Source of the DNA: Phoronis australis | Lineage: Eukaryota; Animalia; Phoronida | NCBI GenBank assembly: GCA_002633005.1 | Contig: NMRA01000144.1 | Location: 380,924 to 444,923 of the forward strand | Length of the DNA stretch: 64,000 nucleotides | Reading direction: 5' to 3' | Shown here: one piece after another, positions 1-13,137 of the stretch | Position numbering within the stretch: position 1 is the stretch's first letter | Layout of the letters: every line of letters starts with the position of its first letter | Translations under genes and position numbers: made by a program | The notes under the pieces: model-generated | The model's database searches: none | Told to the model about the DNA's origin: nothing | Seen by the model: only the letters and a program-made list of their open reading frames with translations

Positions 1-103
1 CGTTTTTGTTTTGCTTGAGACGCTTTTGTTTTTTTTTAATTTTTGGGTCCTGGCCCGAGGGGGGGGTTTAAACCCCCTGAACCCCCCCGTAGATCCGCCT
101 CTG
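1..103. mobile_element. 3' part of a MITE ending in GATCCGCCTCTG (cut by window edge)
   Basis: Same terminal motif and G/C runs as the MITE family above. Confidence 0.5.
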
Positions 104-878
104 TTTTATAGACATCGGTTTCTTAGGTACTAATCTCTTTTTTGTGCTTGATAGTCACGAGCCCTTGTGTAGCGCATATATCTCATTTTAAGCCTTCCCC
201 AGGTGTAGAATGTGGTACTGTTGACTAATTCGTGTGGAATGGTTCACCAAGAACAAACCGAGGTGCTTACGAACTACGTGTTCTACTTTCAGGCATTCCG
301 TCCGCTGTGGTAACCGATTGTGTGTTTTTAATGGGAAAGTAAGTGTTTATTGGTCAATGTGCTTATTTCCAGTGTTAGTTGATTGATCAGACAAAACTGT
401 GCTCCCTAAGCGGACAAAACACCAGCATAACAAGTTTCCTCACACACCCCGTCAACTACATGAAAATTCAGACAGGCTTGCATTCCATATTCAATCAGTC
501 TCTTCATGTGGACTGCCATCCCTAAAAATTAATGAAGCGAAAACGTTCTCAGTAGTCAGTCTGATTTCTACATATTAAAAATCGGAGACTCAAGTTTGGT
601 AATTTTTAACCTGAAAAACATCATGAATGTTATTTCCTCAAAATTCACGGTTTAAAGCTCTTGTAAATTAAGCCGGAGTTGTTTACCACTGTTTATGTTC
701 GAACAACAAGATCACACCATAGACTATATAGACTTAACGAGTATCTATGATCACACGTAGTCAAGCCTTGCTAACTCCAGTACATAGATCGATATGGGCG
801 GAGCATGGGCTTAAAAGCTTCTGGAGCTCTGAGGTAAAATTCATCGATTCTTTAGAAATATGAGGAAAGGTGTCGTGT

Positions 879-2273
879 GAATTTCTCGCTTACACTGGTC
901 ACCGCTCTGATACCCTAAGCCCCAAACAACTTTTATGATGCCTATTCAGCACGCCCTTTTGTATTGATGTAGATCTGAGCTAATGAAGTGGAAAGGTAAT
1001 AGCTAGTACTACTTTCTTAACAATGGTGGTCGTTATTACACCCAAATTGTTTTTCTCTGGCATTTCCATCGAGTTAAAGCCTGCAATAAGGAGAGCAGTT
1101 TTAACTTGGTATATTTTAAATATTACAAAAAGACTAAAAAGTTAATTTGCGTTGATCTTGGTAAAGGGCCACTTCCCAAAGGAACGTTGGTTTTGAATAT
1201 TTTTCATACCTGTTTTCATTACTTTATTTTAATACTCGTGTCTACTTGTTTTTTACCGGTTAGGGTTGTTATCTTTTTATTTTGTGTTTAAACGAAATAT
1301 CAAAACATCTCAGGCAGTTATTTGTGAACTCATCCCTGAATTTTCCAGATTACAGCCACACCAAACATGTCACAGCAAACAAAACTACACGTGTCATTAG
1401 TCCAAGTTCAACTAGAACTAAAATCATAAAATATGGACAAAAGTGCAAATATGGTGATAGCCAAACTGAAGAATTGGAACCTCTAGACAATTTTGGTTGC
1501 AGCAACTACATAATTATTTTAGCTTTTCCTCAGTCGTAAAAAATAAAATCACAGCTCTTACCCATCGACCAACCTCATCCACTGCTTACACTCTGTCGTT
1601 GACTACATCTTAATTGTCTTCACAGGTGTTCCATTACAACTATAAGCTAACTATCAAAATTGGCGCATTTCCGCGAATAGCAGTTTTCCGGTTAGTGTAC
1701 TACTCCTCGAGTAAAGTAGTTCGGCATGTACAGGGCCAAAAGCGATGTTTTAAAAAGTTGTTGACATCTAATTTGGTCACAGTGTGTTGTTTTTAGATGT
1801 TTTAACGTAGCTTAGTTGTAAATTGAAATAATAACTCTGATCAGCGGTTGTAAATAACCAAGTATATCAATACGCACAGTCGTTTATCTTCAATCGTACC
1901 CAATGTTTGTAGTTTTTAGCTTAATAGTTCATCGATTTTTAAAAATCGAAAACCAAACTTGATTGTTTTTTTCCATCTAAATACAGCTGTGGTATTTGTT
2001 TTTAACGAAATTTGTAGGTTAATGCATTTTGAAGTGAAGATTCGCCAGTATGTACAGGCAGAGATTTTATTTATACAGTTTATGGTCGGGTAATCACACT
2101 TACTTTGGTCTTGTTCGCACCGGACAATGCGGTCATCGCAACTGAGTCCTACTCTGGCCCCGCGCTCTCTTTGATCCCGGTAAAAGCTGCTCAGATCGAA
2201 GGACGAGCGGTGAAAAGTCACGCATATTTTTAGAAATGCGTGACTTTCGTGTAAGCGTATTATTCACGGCATG
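879..2273 (+). repeat. Left arm of a long diverged inverted repeat
   Basis: Aligns to the reverse complement of 11918-13137, e.g. GTATTGATGTAGATCTGAGCTAATGAAGTGGAAAGGTAATAGCTA. Confidence 0.88.
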
Positions 2274-4851
2274 GCTAAAGAACTTCACTTTATACGAGTA
2301 TTAACTTTCGGAAAAAACGTTTTCATGGAAATCCAGAAAGTAAGCACTGGGTGTATACGAAGACACCTTTCGTGACATGTGTGTATCGGTCCAAAATCTC
2401 TCAAGTCGCGTACAATTATTCCTTTCTCCCGCAACAGTTTTCAGTGCACGTTTTACGACTTGTAAGAGAAGTATCTGTAGTACGAGGCGGGGCACCTGAT
2501 TTGGGCCTCAGACGTACGTTACGTAGCTGAATGGATAATCCGGCACTGTAATCCATGAACTTGATGGTGCAACTTTCCGCGGTTCGTATCAGAAAATTGT
2601 ACAATCCATTAAAATTCTGACTCCCAAGTTAAAAGCCTATACACTGAGGATCTGTACTGGAGAAAACTCTGTGTCCATGTGTCCATGAACTAAAGGTTAG
2701 GCTGGCTGAGTTATTTACAATTCCGTGTTACAGTTATCTGCCACAAAACAATGAAAACATCAGTGTGCCAACTAAAAACATGAACTATTTTTAATTGTTA
2801 AAGTCCAAATTGACTAAGGGTGACCAGCCCTAACTCACTTATTCTACTCATGAGTTACACGCCATTTTAGTGGGCCGACAACCAGACACTTGGGTCACAC
2901 CCGGAATTGGGTATCGTAAGATAGCGCTGTGTGTGAGCTACGAACCAGTATTGGTTCCCAGTTGTGAGCAAATCATAGTGACTACAGGGGCAACTTACCA
3001 GGTTTAGATCCCGTAATGATGAGCGATGACAACCTCCCGTGTCGGCGTTCATAAGTAATGTGTGTAAACAGTAACGTTTCTCAAACTGCACCGCTGTGCA
3101 TGGTCTAATGCCCTCCAGTCAACACTTAGGTGACGATGAACAATCCCATGTTCATGCAACCGTAGCTGAAGCAATCTGGCATAATATCAATAACATCTGA
3201 TTAGTCCAACGTGACAAAAGGTGAACTTCTATTTTAATCTTGGGCGACCACTAAAGGGTGTTTGGTAAATTCGGCAATCACCGTGGCCCGCGTTTTTGCC
3301 GATTCAAGTTCTCCACATCGGACAACCTCATGCGTAGACCATCCAATGAACTGTACATGCACACAATTGGTTTCGTGTATTAGCTCGATTAATGACGGCA
3401 ACTTTTGTTAAACTTCATGGGAGTGGTTAAATGTCTCACGGCCATCGCCATGTGTATCGAACTTGTGTTTACGATAAACGCTTCACTGACCTGCTTATAA
3501 ATGATGCTTGACGGACAATATTATAATGAAGACCTACCTGAGCGACGGCAAGCCTTTCCCTTTGTATTTAGATTAAAATTTCGTGAGTTGACGCCCCGGT
3601 GTTTTTGTGATTCATTGAAGAGAGACTCGCCGGTCAATGTTTCGAACTCAGTCATGAAACTAAACTAAAAGAAACATATAAGCCCATTTGTCACTGCCTT
3701 TAACAAATTCACAGTTTTTGGGAAAATATACTTAAATTCCCACCTTGTAATAAGTTGAACATTTTTGTTCAATGCACGCGAGACCTTTTTAATCTCTGAC
3801 AACTATGTGATACATACCGTGATTCAGTAAACATTTAAACTGTTCATTTCGATTACTTTCCAAAAAGAAAATCTGATCTGTGCTGACCAAATAGCACGAG
3901 TGATAATGCCAGACCAATGCAATTGAAACATATCCTTGCATAAATAAAAATGCGTTAGGGCCCAGTACCATAAGGGTTAAGCGTACCTGGAACCACTTTA
4001 GTTTCGTTTGGACTCAGATAGAGGTTTGGAACAAAAATCAACAGAGCATCTATGTACCACACTCCATCCGTCATCGGATAGTAGAGTATTTGGAATCACC
4101 TACCTTTTTTTTCAATTTCTGCGGCTTTAACACAAACGGTTTACCAAAAAAATGTAAATATATTCAGACTTGTCACTGAAAATATATGTACGAAAATAGT
4201 TGAAGAAATCTAGCAGGAACACCCGAAAATGTGTCAACTTTGACTCCGCTAGACGTCGCTCTTTTGAAACCCACTACCACTTTGGTGTTGAAAGTTCCAT
4301 AGTTCATTAGTCTACAAAAAACATTTCTGTCACGCCATCTCCCATAGAAAAACTACTACTTTTTAAAATTATACCTAAGTGGTTCCCTATGGAATATTTT
4401 CTATGTAGAACAGCTTAGAATCACTTCAAAAATAGGGATAACCTACTTAATAAATTGAGACAATTTCACACTAGGGTGACTTCATTCAGGTCGAGAGAAA
4501 CCGTACAACACGGAGCTGGTTTACCGTTATGCTAATAGATACTTAAAGAGTCGATTTGCTTTCTGCCGTTTGAAAAATCAATTCATTTGAACGCGATATT
4601 TTATATCTTAAAAGACCTAGCTGCACGTGATTTCAACTCAGATATTAGGGTGCTGAAATTCAGCTATTTAAAAAGGCGTCTTTTCGACGTTTTGGACCCA
4701 ATTCAGTGCTCTAGTGGTAAAATTAGAGGTAAGGTCCAACGTATCGCCTTGAGCTCTGAATTTTAAAAGTCCATTGAACACCGGCGAAAAACCTGACTCA
4801 GAAACATGTAGACCTATTTTTACTCACGAGTGGGTATTTACTTCCAGTCTG

Positions 4852-5042
4852 CAGTGGCGGATCTAGGATGTCGCGGAAAGGGGGTCCAACCATACATATT
4901 CAAAGGCAGGGATCTGCGTGCATTCCAATCGGTCTCTGGCGAGGCGGCCCAAATACAATTATAAAGGAAAATAGGTCCGTAACGCCCAGAAATGATATGC
5001 TGGTGGCGTTTTTGGTCCTCCAGGCCTCTTTATCCGCCTATG
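4852..5042. mobile_element. MITE with related CAGTGGCGGAT termini
   Basis: CAGTGGCGGAT...ATCCGCCTATG; no TSD seen. Confidence 0.55.
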
Positions 5043-5734
5043 GTATAGCACCATAATTGTTACTTTATCTTGAAATGTTAATTTAAAATTTCATAACTCG
5101 GCGAACATATGTTACTCGGTACGCTCAAAGACTAACTAGGCAAACACGGTGTTACACAAGCACTGACGTTTTATTAATGAGCTGAACGCCACAATGCGCA
5201 CACGTGCCTACGCTTATATATAATGCATAAACTCCAAGTAGGGCTTTCTTGCAAGCAGCTGTTCTTATTTTTCATTTATTTTTTAAAGTTTGTCAAATAC
5301 CGATTCATTTCGCTGACTACTGCAAGGAAGTGTCTAATACAGAGGTCTAGTTGTCTCAGAGCACTTGGTAGGTTGTCTACTCTAACCGTCACTTCCACTG
5401 ATTGCCGTTGTGGCAACCAACCCAAACCTCTCGCAAATACCCTTGCCTTTGCGCTCGCCATGTATCATCCTAGATCCCATCGGCCACGTTTTGGGGTCCA
5501 AGATAGAGCAAAATGACTGCTCATCATTGTCAAGTGAACGCCGCTCCAAGTTCACAACCCTTTGAATAACCTGTCCAAGACGTATTGTCACGGTTGTACC
5601 TTTAAGGGTTTCTTTAAGTTCCAGTAACCCAAACCTCTTCTTTTGAGCGCATGTCGGTGCAGTGGCGAATGCCTGACCGGTGTTATCAACCATAGACTAA
5701 GGACATGAGCCATCCCACGAATAAGCTTTTCTGC

Positions 5735-7150
5735 TTGTTACTCTGCGCATGTAAGCGCAGAGTACTGTTGTTCCTGGGTTTTCTTCAATTTTATTCTTAT
5801 TACTCTGCGCGTGTAAGCGCAGAGTACTGTTGTTACTGGGTTTTCTTCAATTTTATTCTTATTACTCTGCGCGTGTAAGCGCAGAGTACTGTTGTTGGTG
5901 GGTTTTCTTCAATTTTATTCTTATTCTTATTCTTCTTATTCTTATTCTTATTCTTATTCTTCTTATTCTTATTCTTATTCTTATTCCGACCAACTTTGAG
6001 GCTTAATAACTCCAAATTGGGTGCAGGTACGGTCTTTAAATTCAGCATATGACTTTTGACAGTATATAAATTTTGATTCGTTATATAATGATATTCCATA
6101 ATGCACCGGAAGGGGTCGTTTGGTGCAAAGGTCATATAATTTTCAAAATGCTACTCCTCTTTCAGTTTTAAAGCTATCTTTTTCAAATTCGGTGCACAGG
6201 TATAAGTCAACATGACAATTTAAAAAATTACTTTTATAAGTAATCGGGTCATCCAATCAGGTGAAATAGGTCAAAGGTCATTAGGTGCAAACTAAAATTT
6301 TGAGCTAGACACTTCAAATTGACAGGTCGGATTGCCACAGGTAAATCAAATCGGAATCCAAAGTTTCTAGTCATTTAGTGCAAACATGGGGTCATTAGGT
6401 GCATTTTTCTTCTGAAAATTTGACCTTTTCAATCAGCAAGTATTCTGACGTGTGAACCGTTAGACAACTGTGATTCTCAGCGTAAAACACATTTTCCATG
6501 GGCTTTGCAATAATTTTCCTAAAGATGTTTAAAATGCACCGGATAAGGTCAATTAGTGCAAAGGTCATGTAACGTTCAAAATGTTATATGTCTTACGTTT
6601 TTCAAGGAATTCTTTTCAATTTTAGCACACTGGTGTAAGTCAACATGCCAATTGAATACCCTATTTTACTTTGCAATAGGCCTAACCAATCAGAAAAAAT
6701 AGGTCAAAGGTCATTGAGTGCAAACTAAAATTTTGAGCTAGATACTTCAGAATTACGTATCTGTTTACTAAGTGCGATTGAGTTTGAATTCTAAATTTTC
6801 AGGTCATTTGGTGCACCCATGGGGTCATTAGGTGCATTTTTCTTCTGAAAGTTTGACCACTTCATTCATTTTGTATTCTGAAGTGCTTAAAGTAAAACAT
6901 CTGTGATTATTAGCATTAACCATACTTTTAATCGAGTTAACAATTACTCCCTCATCGGGGCTCATAATGCACGGGAAGAGGTCAATTAGTGGAAAGGTCA
7001 TAAAAATTGATATGTAATTTCTCCTACAATTTTAAAGAATTCCTTTTCATATTGGTAAACGGGTTGCTGTCAGTAACTTCCCATAATAATTCCAGTAATA
7101 CGTACGCCCAGAGTCCGTAATTGTCACGCCGTGACAATAATCTTTCTAGT
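5735..7150 (+). mobile_element. Non-autonomous Helentron-type element (HINE/DINE-1-like), apparently complete
   Basis: 5' hairpin TACTCTGCGC-N6-GCGCAGAGTA (triplicated in 62-bp units), TTA/TTC microsatellite, about 430-bp internal tandem units (6101, 6533, 6966), 3' subterminal IR CGCCCAGAGT, palindrome ATTGTCACG-C-CGTGACAAT (7120-7138), CTAGT end. Confidence 0.78.
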
Positions 7151-7635
7151 TACTCTGCGCGTGTAAGCGCAGAGTACTGTTGTTCCTGGATTTTCTTCAA
7201 TTTTATTCTTATTCTTCTTATTCTTCTTCTTATTCTTCTTCCGACCAACTTTGAGGCTTAATAACTCCAAATTGGGTTCAGGTACGGTCTTTAAATTCAG
7301 CACATGACTTTTGACAGTATATAAATTTTGCACCGGAAGAGGTCGTTTGGTGCAAAGGTCATATAATTTTCAAAATGCTACTCCTCCTTCAGTTTTAAAG
7401 CTATCTTTATCAAATTCGGTGCACATGTATAAGTTCACATGACAATTTTAAAAATTACTTTTCTAAGAAATCGGGTCATCCAATCAGGTTAAAAAGGTCA
7501 AAGGTCATTAGGTGCAAACTAAAATTTTGAGCTAGACACTTCAAATTGACAAATTTTGATTGGTTATATAATCATATTCCATATTGCACCGAAAGAGGTC
7601 GTTTGGTGCAAAAGTCATATAATTTTAAAAATGCA
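7151..7635 (+). mobile_element. Second, truncated head-to-tail copy of the same Helentron-type element
   Basis: Begins immediately after the first copy with the same 5' hairpin, microsatellite and body. Confidence 0.78.
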
Positions 7636-8073
7636 TTCGTGGGGGTCGCGGGCGCCAAAATGTTCGGCAACAATGCTGTCGTCAGCGTAGCAGCGCATCG
7701 ATACTGTAAGATATCTTTTCAAGAAGACTACTGTTTTGGGACAGAACTGGGGAATTTTGAATTTCAAGAAAAAGATTAATGATTTTTGGTTTCCCGTCAC
7801 GTGATGTCACCAGTGGAAGACGTTGATCAGTTGGCAGTATATATGCAATGGCGGATAGTAGTGATTTTGTAAGTTACGAAGACTTAGAGAGCAAGCTTGA
7901 CGAGTATTATGAAGATGGTTATGGAGATGAGGGAGAAGACACACTCAGGTCATAGGTGAAGCACGTAATGAGTTACTGAGACCTCGCCATATCGGCAGAC
8001 TTTGCGTGTTTGAGGCCGTACGAATTCCACCCTCCCGCACCAGCGTCTTCGGCGAGTGAAGCCGAGTCGGAGC

Positions 8074-8188
8074 CACTGGCGGATTTAAGGGGGGGGGGGC
8101 AAGGCCATGCGAATGTCTGACGGTTAAAATCCTGGCTATTTCTCTGCCATGCCCCTCCCTCCAACTCAAAATCCTAGATCCGCCCCTG
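8074..8188 (+). mobile_element. MITE, CAGTGGCGGAT...ATCCGCCCCTG family
   Basis: TIRs; flanks GGAGC/GGAGG; internal similarity to 15625-15782 and 16081-16242. Confidence 0.75.
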
Positions 8189-8586
8189 GGAGGCTACTCA
8201 GTCTGTAGACAGTCCTCAGTTCAGAGCCTTTTATTGAATCGCCTTTTAATTTTCTAATCACTTTAATGTTAAGCAATATGCGTCTCGAACTGTAAATTTA
8301 ACCAAACTTTTTACCCTGACTATCAAACCGAGTTGCGAATATCCGGCACTGATTTCATTTCGCTGAATGTTGAGTGCGATTGTCAGGAAACGATCATACT
8401 TGAAATCAACCCATACATAAACAAAGACATTGCAATAGTCAATGTTTCGGTATTCTCAAGACAAACGTTCTTCGCAATACTCTAGTCAGGTAATACAGAA
8501 CAGTATGCACAGGTACGCATCAAAATGTGAAGTGAGGATAGAGACCAAAAATCAAAAGCTTCGAAGATTGTAAACATTGAGGCTCT

Positions 8587-10490
8587 AAAGGAACATGCCA
8601 CCCAAAAAAACAACCTATTTTGTATCAATTTAGATCGAGTAGCTCTACTCGATAACGGCACGTTCGGTTGCGGCAGACGGAAGTGTTGAAATTATCCAAT
8701 GACGTCATTGGTTTCACACGCAGTCTGTTCAGCAGTTCACAACACGGGTAACTGGTGTCAGTTTCGCTTGAATTCATCGTTTAACACCAATTAATCATTA
8801 AACTTCGATGTAAAACCATTAAAAAATGATACACCGAGTTCTTGCAAAAACGTGTTGTTTATTTCGCTGTTACGGATTTATTGGTATTTGGAAACACCGT
8901 AGCCTACAAAGTTCGGCAGGCAAATTTACCAAGGTCCGTAGCAGGAGTTTGGGGTCTGTTCGGAGATAAATTCGAAGTATTCTTCCGTGAAATACAGACA
9001 ATAGAAGCTAGATCTGTGTTGTTTAGACTTGCGATTTCTTGAGCTCTAAACACACAAAACGCTTGTTATCCCGGTCAGTGGCTCGGAACCCGATCAGGCC
9101 CGTCGCGCCGGACTGACTCGTTATCCTGACCAGTTGCTCGGAATCCGATAAGAGGCCCCTCGCGGCAGCCGGGATTGGCACGAACATAAACCAGCTTGAG
9201 TTGGAAACTAAACCTCCATTCACGAAAACACTAACAGTGAGCCAAAGAAATAATGTGCACGTAATTATTTACGTGAATTAGTCACGAAACTGAAAATCTA
9301 CGCGAAGTCGGGTTCCCCTTCCACAGACCGTCAGGGCAAAGGTTGTACATTAACAATGATTTGAATAATATATTTGAATAAAGATTGCATTAACATGTGA
9401 CCATAGCATATAAAATCGAGTAATTGTTTCACAACAGCTTTCTGTCAGCAAATACTGAATTAGCATGCGCTCACACGGCCTCGGTACCCGATACCTTTAT
9501 TGACAGCATCAAAAGCCGGTAACGCTGTGGTTAATTCATGGCTGGCTTCTCGACATTTGCACTCACAAATACTGCAAAGGCATTACAAATTGTATCTAAT
9601 GAAACAGACTTATTTTCACTATTATATAAGCATTATTTAGGACTGATGAGAATGATTCATTTTGAAACAGAACGCACAATACGTGGCACCTCGCCCGGCG
9701 CCAATACCGACTTAGTCAAGAGCTCATCCGAAGAAGACTTCACTGGTCGGATCGTTAGGTTTCACAGGCTATCAGTTCGAACCGGAATACACTGATCAAG
9801 AAATACTACAGGGGCGCCGTGAGCATGCACAGACAACGGAACGCATGGATAGTTCTTTGGTAAGCCGGAATTCGTCAGAGAAATCACTGGCGACGAAATG
9901 CCAGCCACAGACACGGAAATGATTCACAGCCTCATACTTGCTATTAACAGCGTACCTTTCATTCTTTACTACCGCGAGCCACTTCCTAAGCATTTCGGGT
10001 TCTCGAGGAAGTCGAAAAAACGATATACCCGCTTTCTTCGCAGCTTCATAGTTCGGACAAGCGGGAACCGGCGATGCACCGTCTCGAGTTATTAGAGATT
10101 TTATGACTAGTCCCCCAATGCACATTTAGGTTACAGCACGTTGGGGGTTGTGGTGTTGATGTTCTTGGTTTCGTCGTTGATCTTCGATTTCGCCAAATGT
10201 CGTTCCTCATAGCGCTTTCATTTTGCTCGTCTGTTGATGGACAGACTGTAGGTCCGTGCTGTTTGATAGAGTATAAGTCGAATTCATTTGGCAACGGTTA
10301 ACATGGTCCGAGATTTTCATCCTAATAGCCGCCGCCGCTTTTCCAATGACATATATTATTTTTCCACACATCCCGCATACTCAATCGAAAAGCAGTTTCT
10401 CACACTGTGATTCCAATTCGTGCGCGTGTCGGCTTGCGACACATACTTGCTTCGATCGTAATAACACCGTGTAAATAGGATCGTTTTATA
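8587..10490 (-). mobile_element. Decayed TIR DNA transposon carrying a THAP-domain remnant (Kolobok-like, tentative)
   Basis: Left end ctaa-AGGAACATGCCACCC; degenerate inverted matches 8606-8620 with 10473-10487 and 8662-8711 with 10343-10392; THAP remnant inside. Confidence 0.45.
9860..10090 (-). pseudogene. Frameshifted THAP zinc-finger coding remnant
   Basis: RCI/VPACPN...ISFFRLPREPEMLRKWLAVV...FRVCGWHFVASDF fits the THAP C2CH signature with the conserved P, W and F; the first Cys is in another frame. Confidence 0.75.
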
Positions 10491-11766
10491 TAAATCTAAA
10501 CGATTAATCGCTGAATTATTTCACTTATTAATAGATTACTTTCACTGGAGTTGCAGATGGTGAGTATTTTGCGAGTATGGTTTTAAAAAGGCATTAATCA
10601 CTAAAACATGAAATAAACATAGAGAACAAACAACTTTAATGTCATGTTTCTCTCATTAATGAATGTCATGTTTATAAAAATGCTTCGATTGTTACCTTAC
10701 AGCCTTTCCCTTTGCCCCTCCCCTTGTCCACCGCCCATGAGATGTAAACAAGAACGTCGAAACTACCACCAACTAAAGAAAACGCTTCAGACTCTATCGG
10801 TTACTCTTAAAGTTGCGGATTCTACAATGCTGGCGCATGTCATTGCCTGTGACTTGTAATGCCGGCTCATTCGATAATAATTCAAAATTGGATAATTGTG
10901 GTAATTTTTAGTCCTAAGAGTTTGTGTAAAGAATTCAACATTGGCATTTGAATAGGGGCGAAATGCAGTTTTAAATTAGTGGCGATGAACTTCATGTTCT
11001 CAAAACGAACATTGAAATTTTTCACAAAAATCATCTGAAGGTAATGTGATAATAAAAGACAATTCAGAGTTTTCAATCATCAAGAATCGATGAAATGGGT
11101 TTTGAATTTTTTTGTTTTGTTTTTTTTTTTTGATAAAACGTAAAGGTATTTCACGACAGTTGACTTCAATCACGATAGTGACTGCAGTGTAACCAGATTT
11201 TCGCGTATGTTGAGTGATATTACGATTTTATTTGCGAACTTCTTCAGAAAGTATACATAGCACCGATAACATTAACGCCTATCTTGAACGGTATCACCTG
11301 TAAATTTGGATTCTACATAGTCAAGAGCATCAGTCTGAGTCCACTGGTGTCATTAATTGCCAAATGTAACGAGCTGTTAGGCGTCTTGGTTTATTTTTGT
11401 ATACGTCACTGCGAAAAAACAACTGCTAATAACACCCTCACGCAATGGTGTTCTATTCACACCCCTATTCAATACAACAGTGATCGACCTTTTGCTGTTT
11501 GTGCAGGGATCTCGCGGTGGCGAAATTTACACAGGAAAAGGCGGCTTTAGCTATCATTTGACGGGCCAACATTTGCTTGATTAAACTCGTGTTTTCAATA
11601 TTTACTTGATTAAACCCACGTTTTCGAATTTTGTCAAGGCTTTGCTAGGACTTCCTGGTTAGCCCAACATATAGAATAACAAAATTCCGTTGAAGTTAGG
11701 CTTTGAATTGCTAGCATTCAGCCATTATACATGCATGTATACATACATACAGACAGACACACAGGC

Positions 11767-11770
<4 letters not shown>

Positions 11771-11864
<94 letters not shown>
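11771..11864. repeat. Compound microsatellite (AC)n(AT)n
   Basis: Read directly from the sequence. Confidence 0.98.
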
Positions 11865-11917
11865 GCTTTCATTGAGCAAATTACAATTGCCCGTATAGAA
11901 TGCCAATTAATAAACTG

Positions 11918-13137
11918 CATACCGTGAATGGTACGCTTACAAGGAAGTCACCCATTTCTAAAGATATGCGTGAATCTTCACCACTTGTCCTACCATGATC
12001 AAAGAAAGCGCAGAGCTGGAGTCCGACACAGTTGTGATGACCCCATCGTCATGTGCGAGCAAGACCCAATTAAGTGTAATTACCGAACCAGAAAGTGTAG
12101 TAAACATCTCTGCCTGTACAAAATGGTGAATTTTCATAATGCATTAACCAATAATTTTCGTTAAAATCGAACACCACGGCGGTATTCAGCTGGAAAAAAA
12201 CGACCATGTATGGTTTTCGATTTTTAAAAATCGATGAACTAGTAAGTTAAAAACTACAAACATTGGGTACGATTGAAGATAAACGACTGTACGTCTTGAT
12301 ATAATCGGTGGATTTACAAACGGTGATCAGAGTTAACAATATCACATGGATTATTTTTTCAATATTTTTTCAATCTCGTTTAACCAGATTTTTTACTAGG
12401 AAACAGTTGTCCTCAACTTATGCCCACTCTTCATTTTTATGAGTGTCAAAAAGCTAGAATAGTTATGTAGTCCGTGCAACCGAAATTGTCCAGTAATTCC
12501 AAATGTTCAGTTTGGCTATCACCATATTAGGACTTTCGTATATTTTTATGATTTGAGTTCTAATAAAGATTGAACTTGAACAAATGACACGTGTAGTTTT
12601 GTTTGCTGTGAAATGTTTAGTGTAGCTGTACTCTGGAACATTGAGGGATGGGTTCACAGTTAAATAATAAAACTAAACTAAGTTTCTCTGGCCATCAAAA
12701 TTTACCACTGTTTTAATACTTTAAGTTTAAAAATAAAATACAAAGATATCAACCCATTCCGGGTAAAAAACACAAGTTGACAGGAGTATTAAAATGAAAT
12801 AACGAAAACCGGTTTGAAACATTTTTAAAACCATCTTTCCTTTGAGAAGTGTATTTTTGTGATGATAAAAACAAATTAGCTTTTTGTCATTCTGTAACAT
12901 TAAAAATGTACCAAGTTAAAACTGCTCTCCACAGATGCAGGTTGTAACTCTATGCAAATGCCAGAGAACAACAATTTGAGTGTAATAACAACCACGATTG
13001 TTGAGACAGCAGTGTTAGCTATTACCTTTCCACTTCATTAGCTCAGATCTACATCAATACAAAGGGTGAGCTGAATAGGCGTCATAAAAGTTGTCTGTCG
13101 GCTAAGGGAATCTGTGACCAGTGTAAGCGAGAAATTC
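11918..13137 (-). repeat. Right arm of the long diverged inverted repeat
   Basis: Reverse complement of 879-2273 with a differing middle segment. Confidence 0.88.

Noticed and set aside
5276-5693. Minus-strand ORFs with an ATGGCG start and possible donor
   Set aside because: No recognisable homology and no downstream exon could be linked.
5833-6135. NK-rich ORF, and the HT/VC-rich ORFs at 11690-11920
   Set aside because: Translations of microsatellites.
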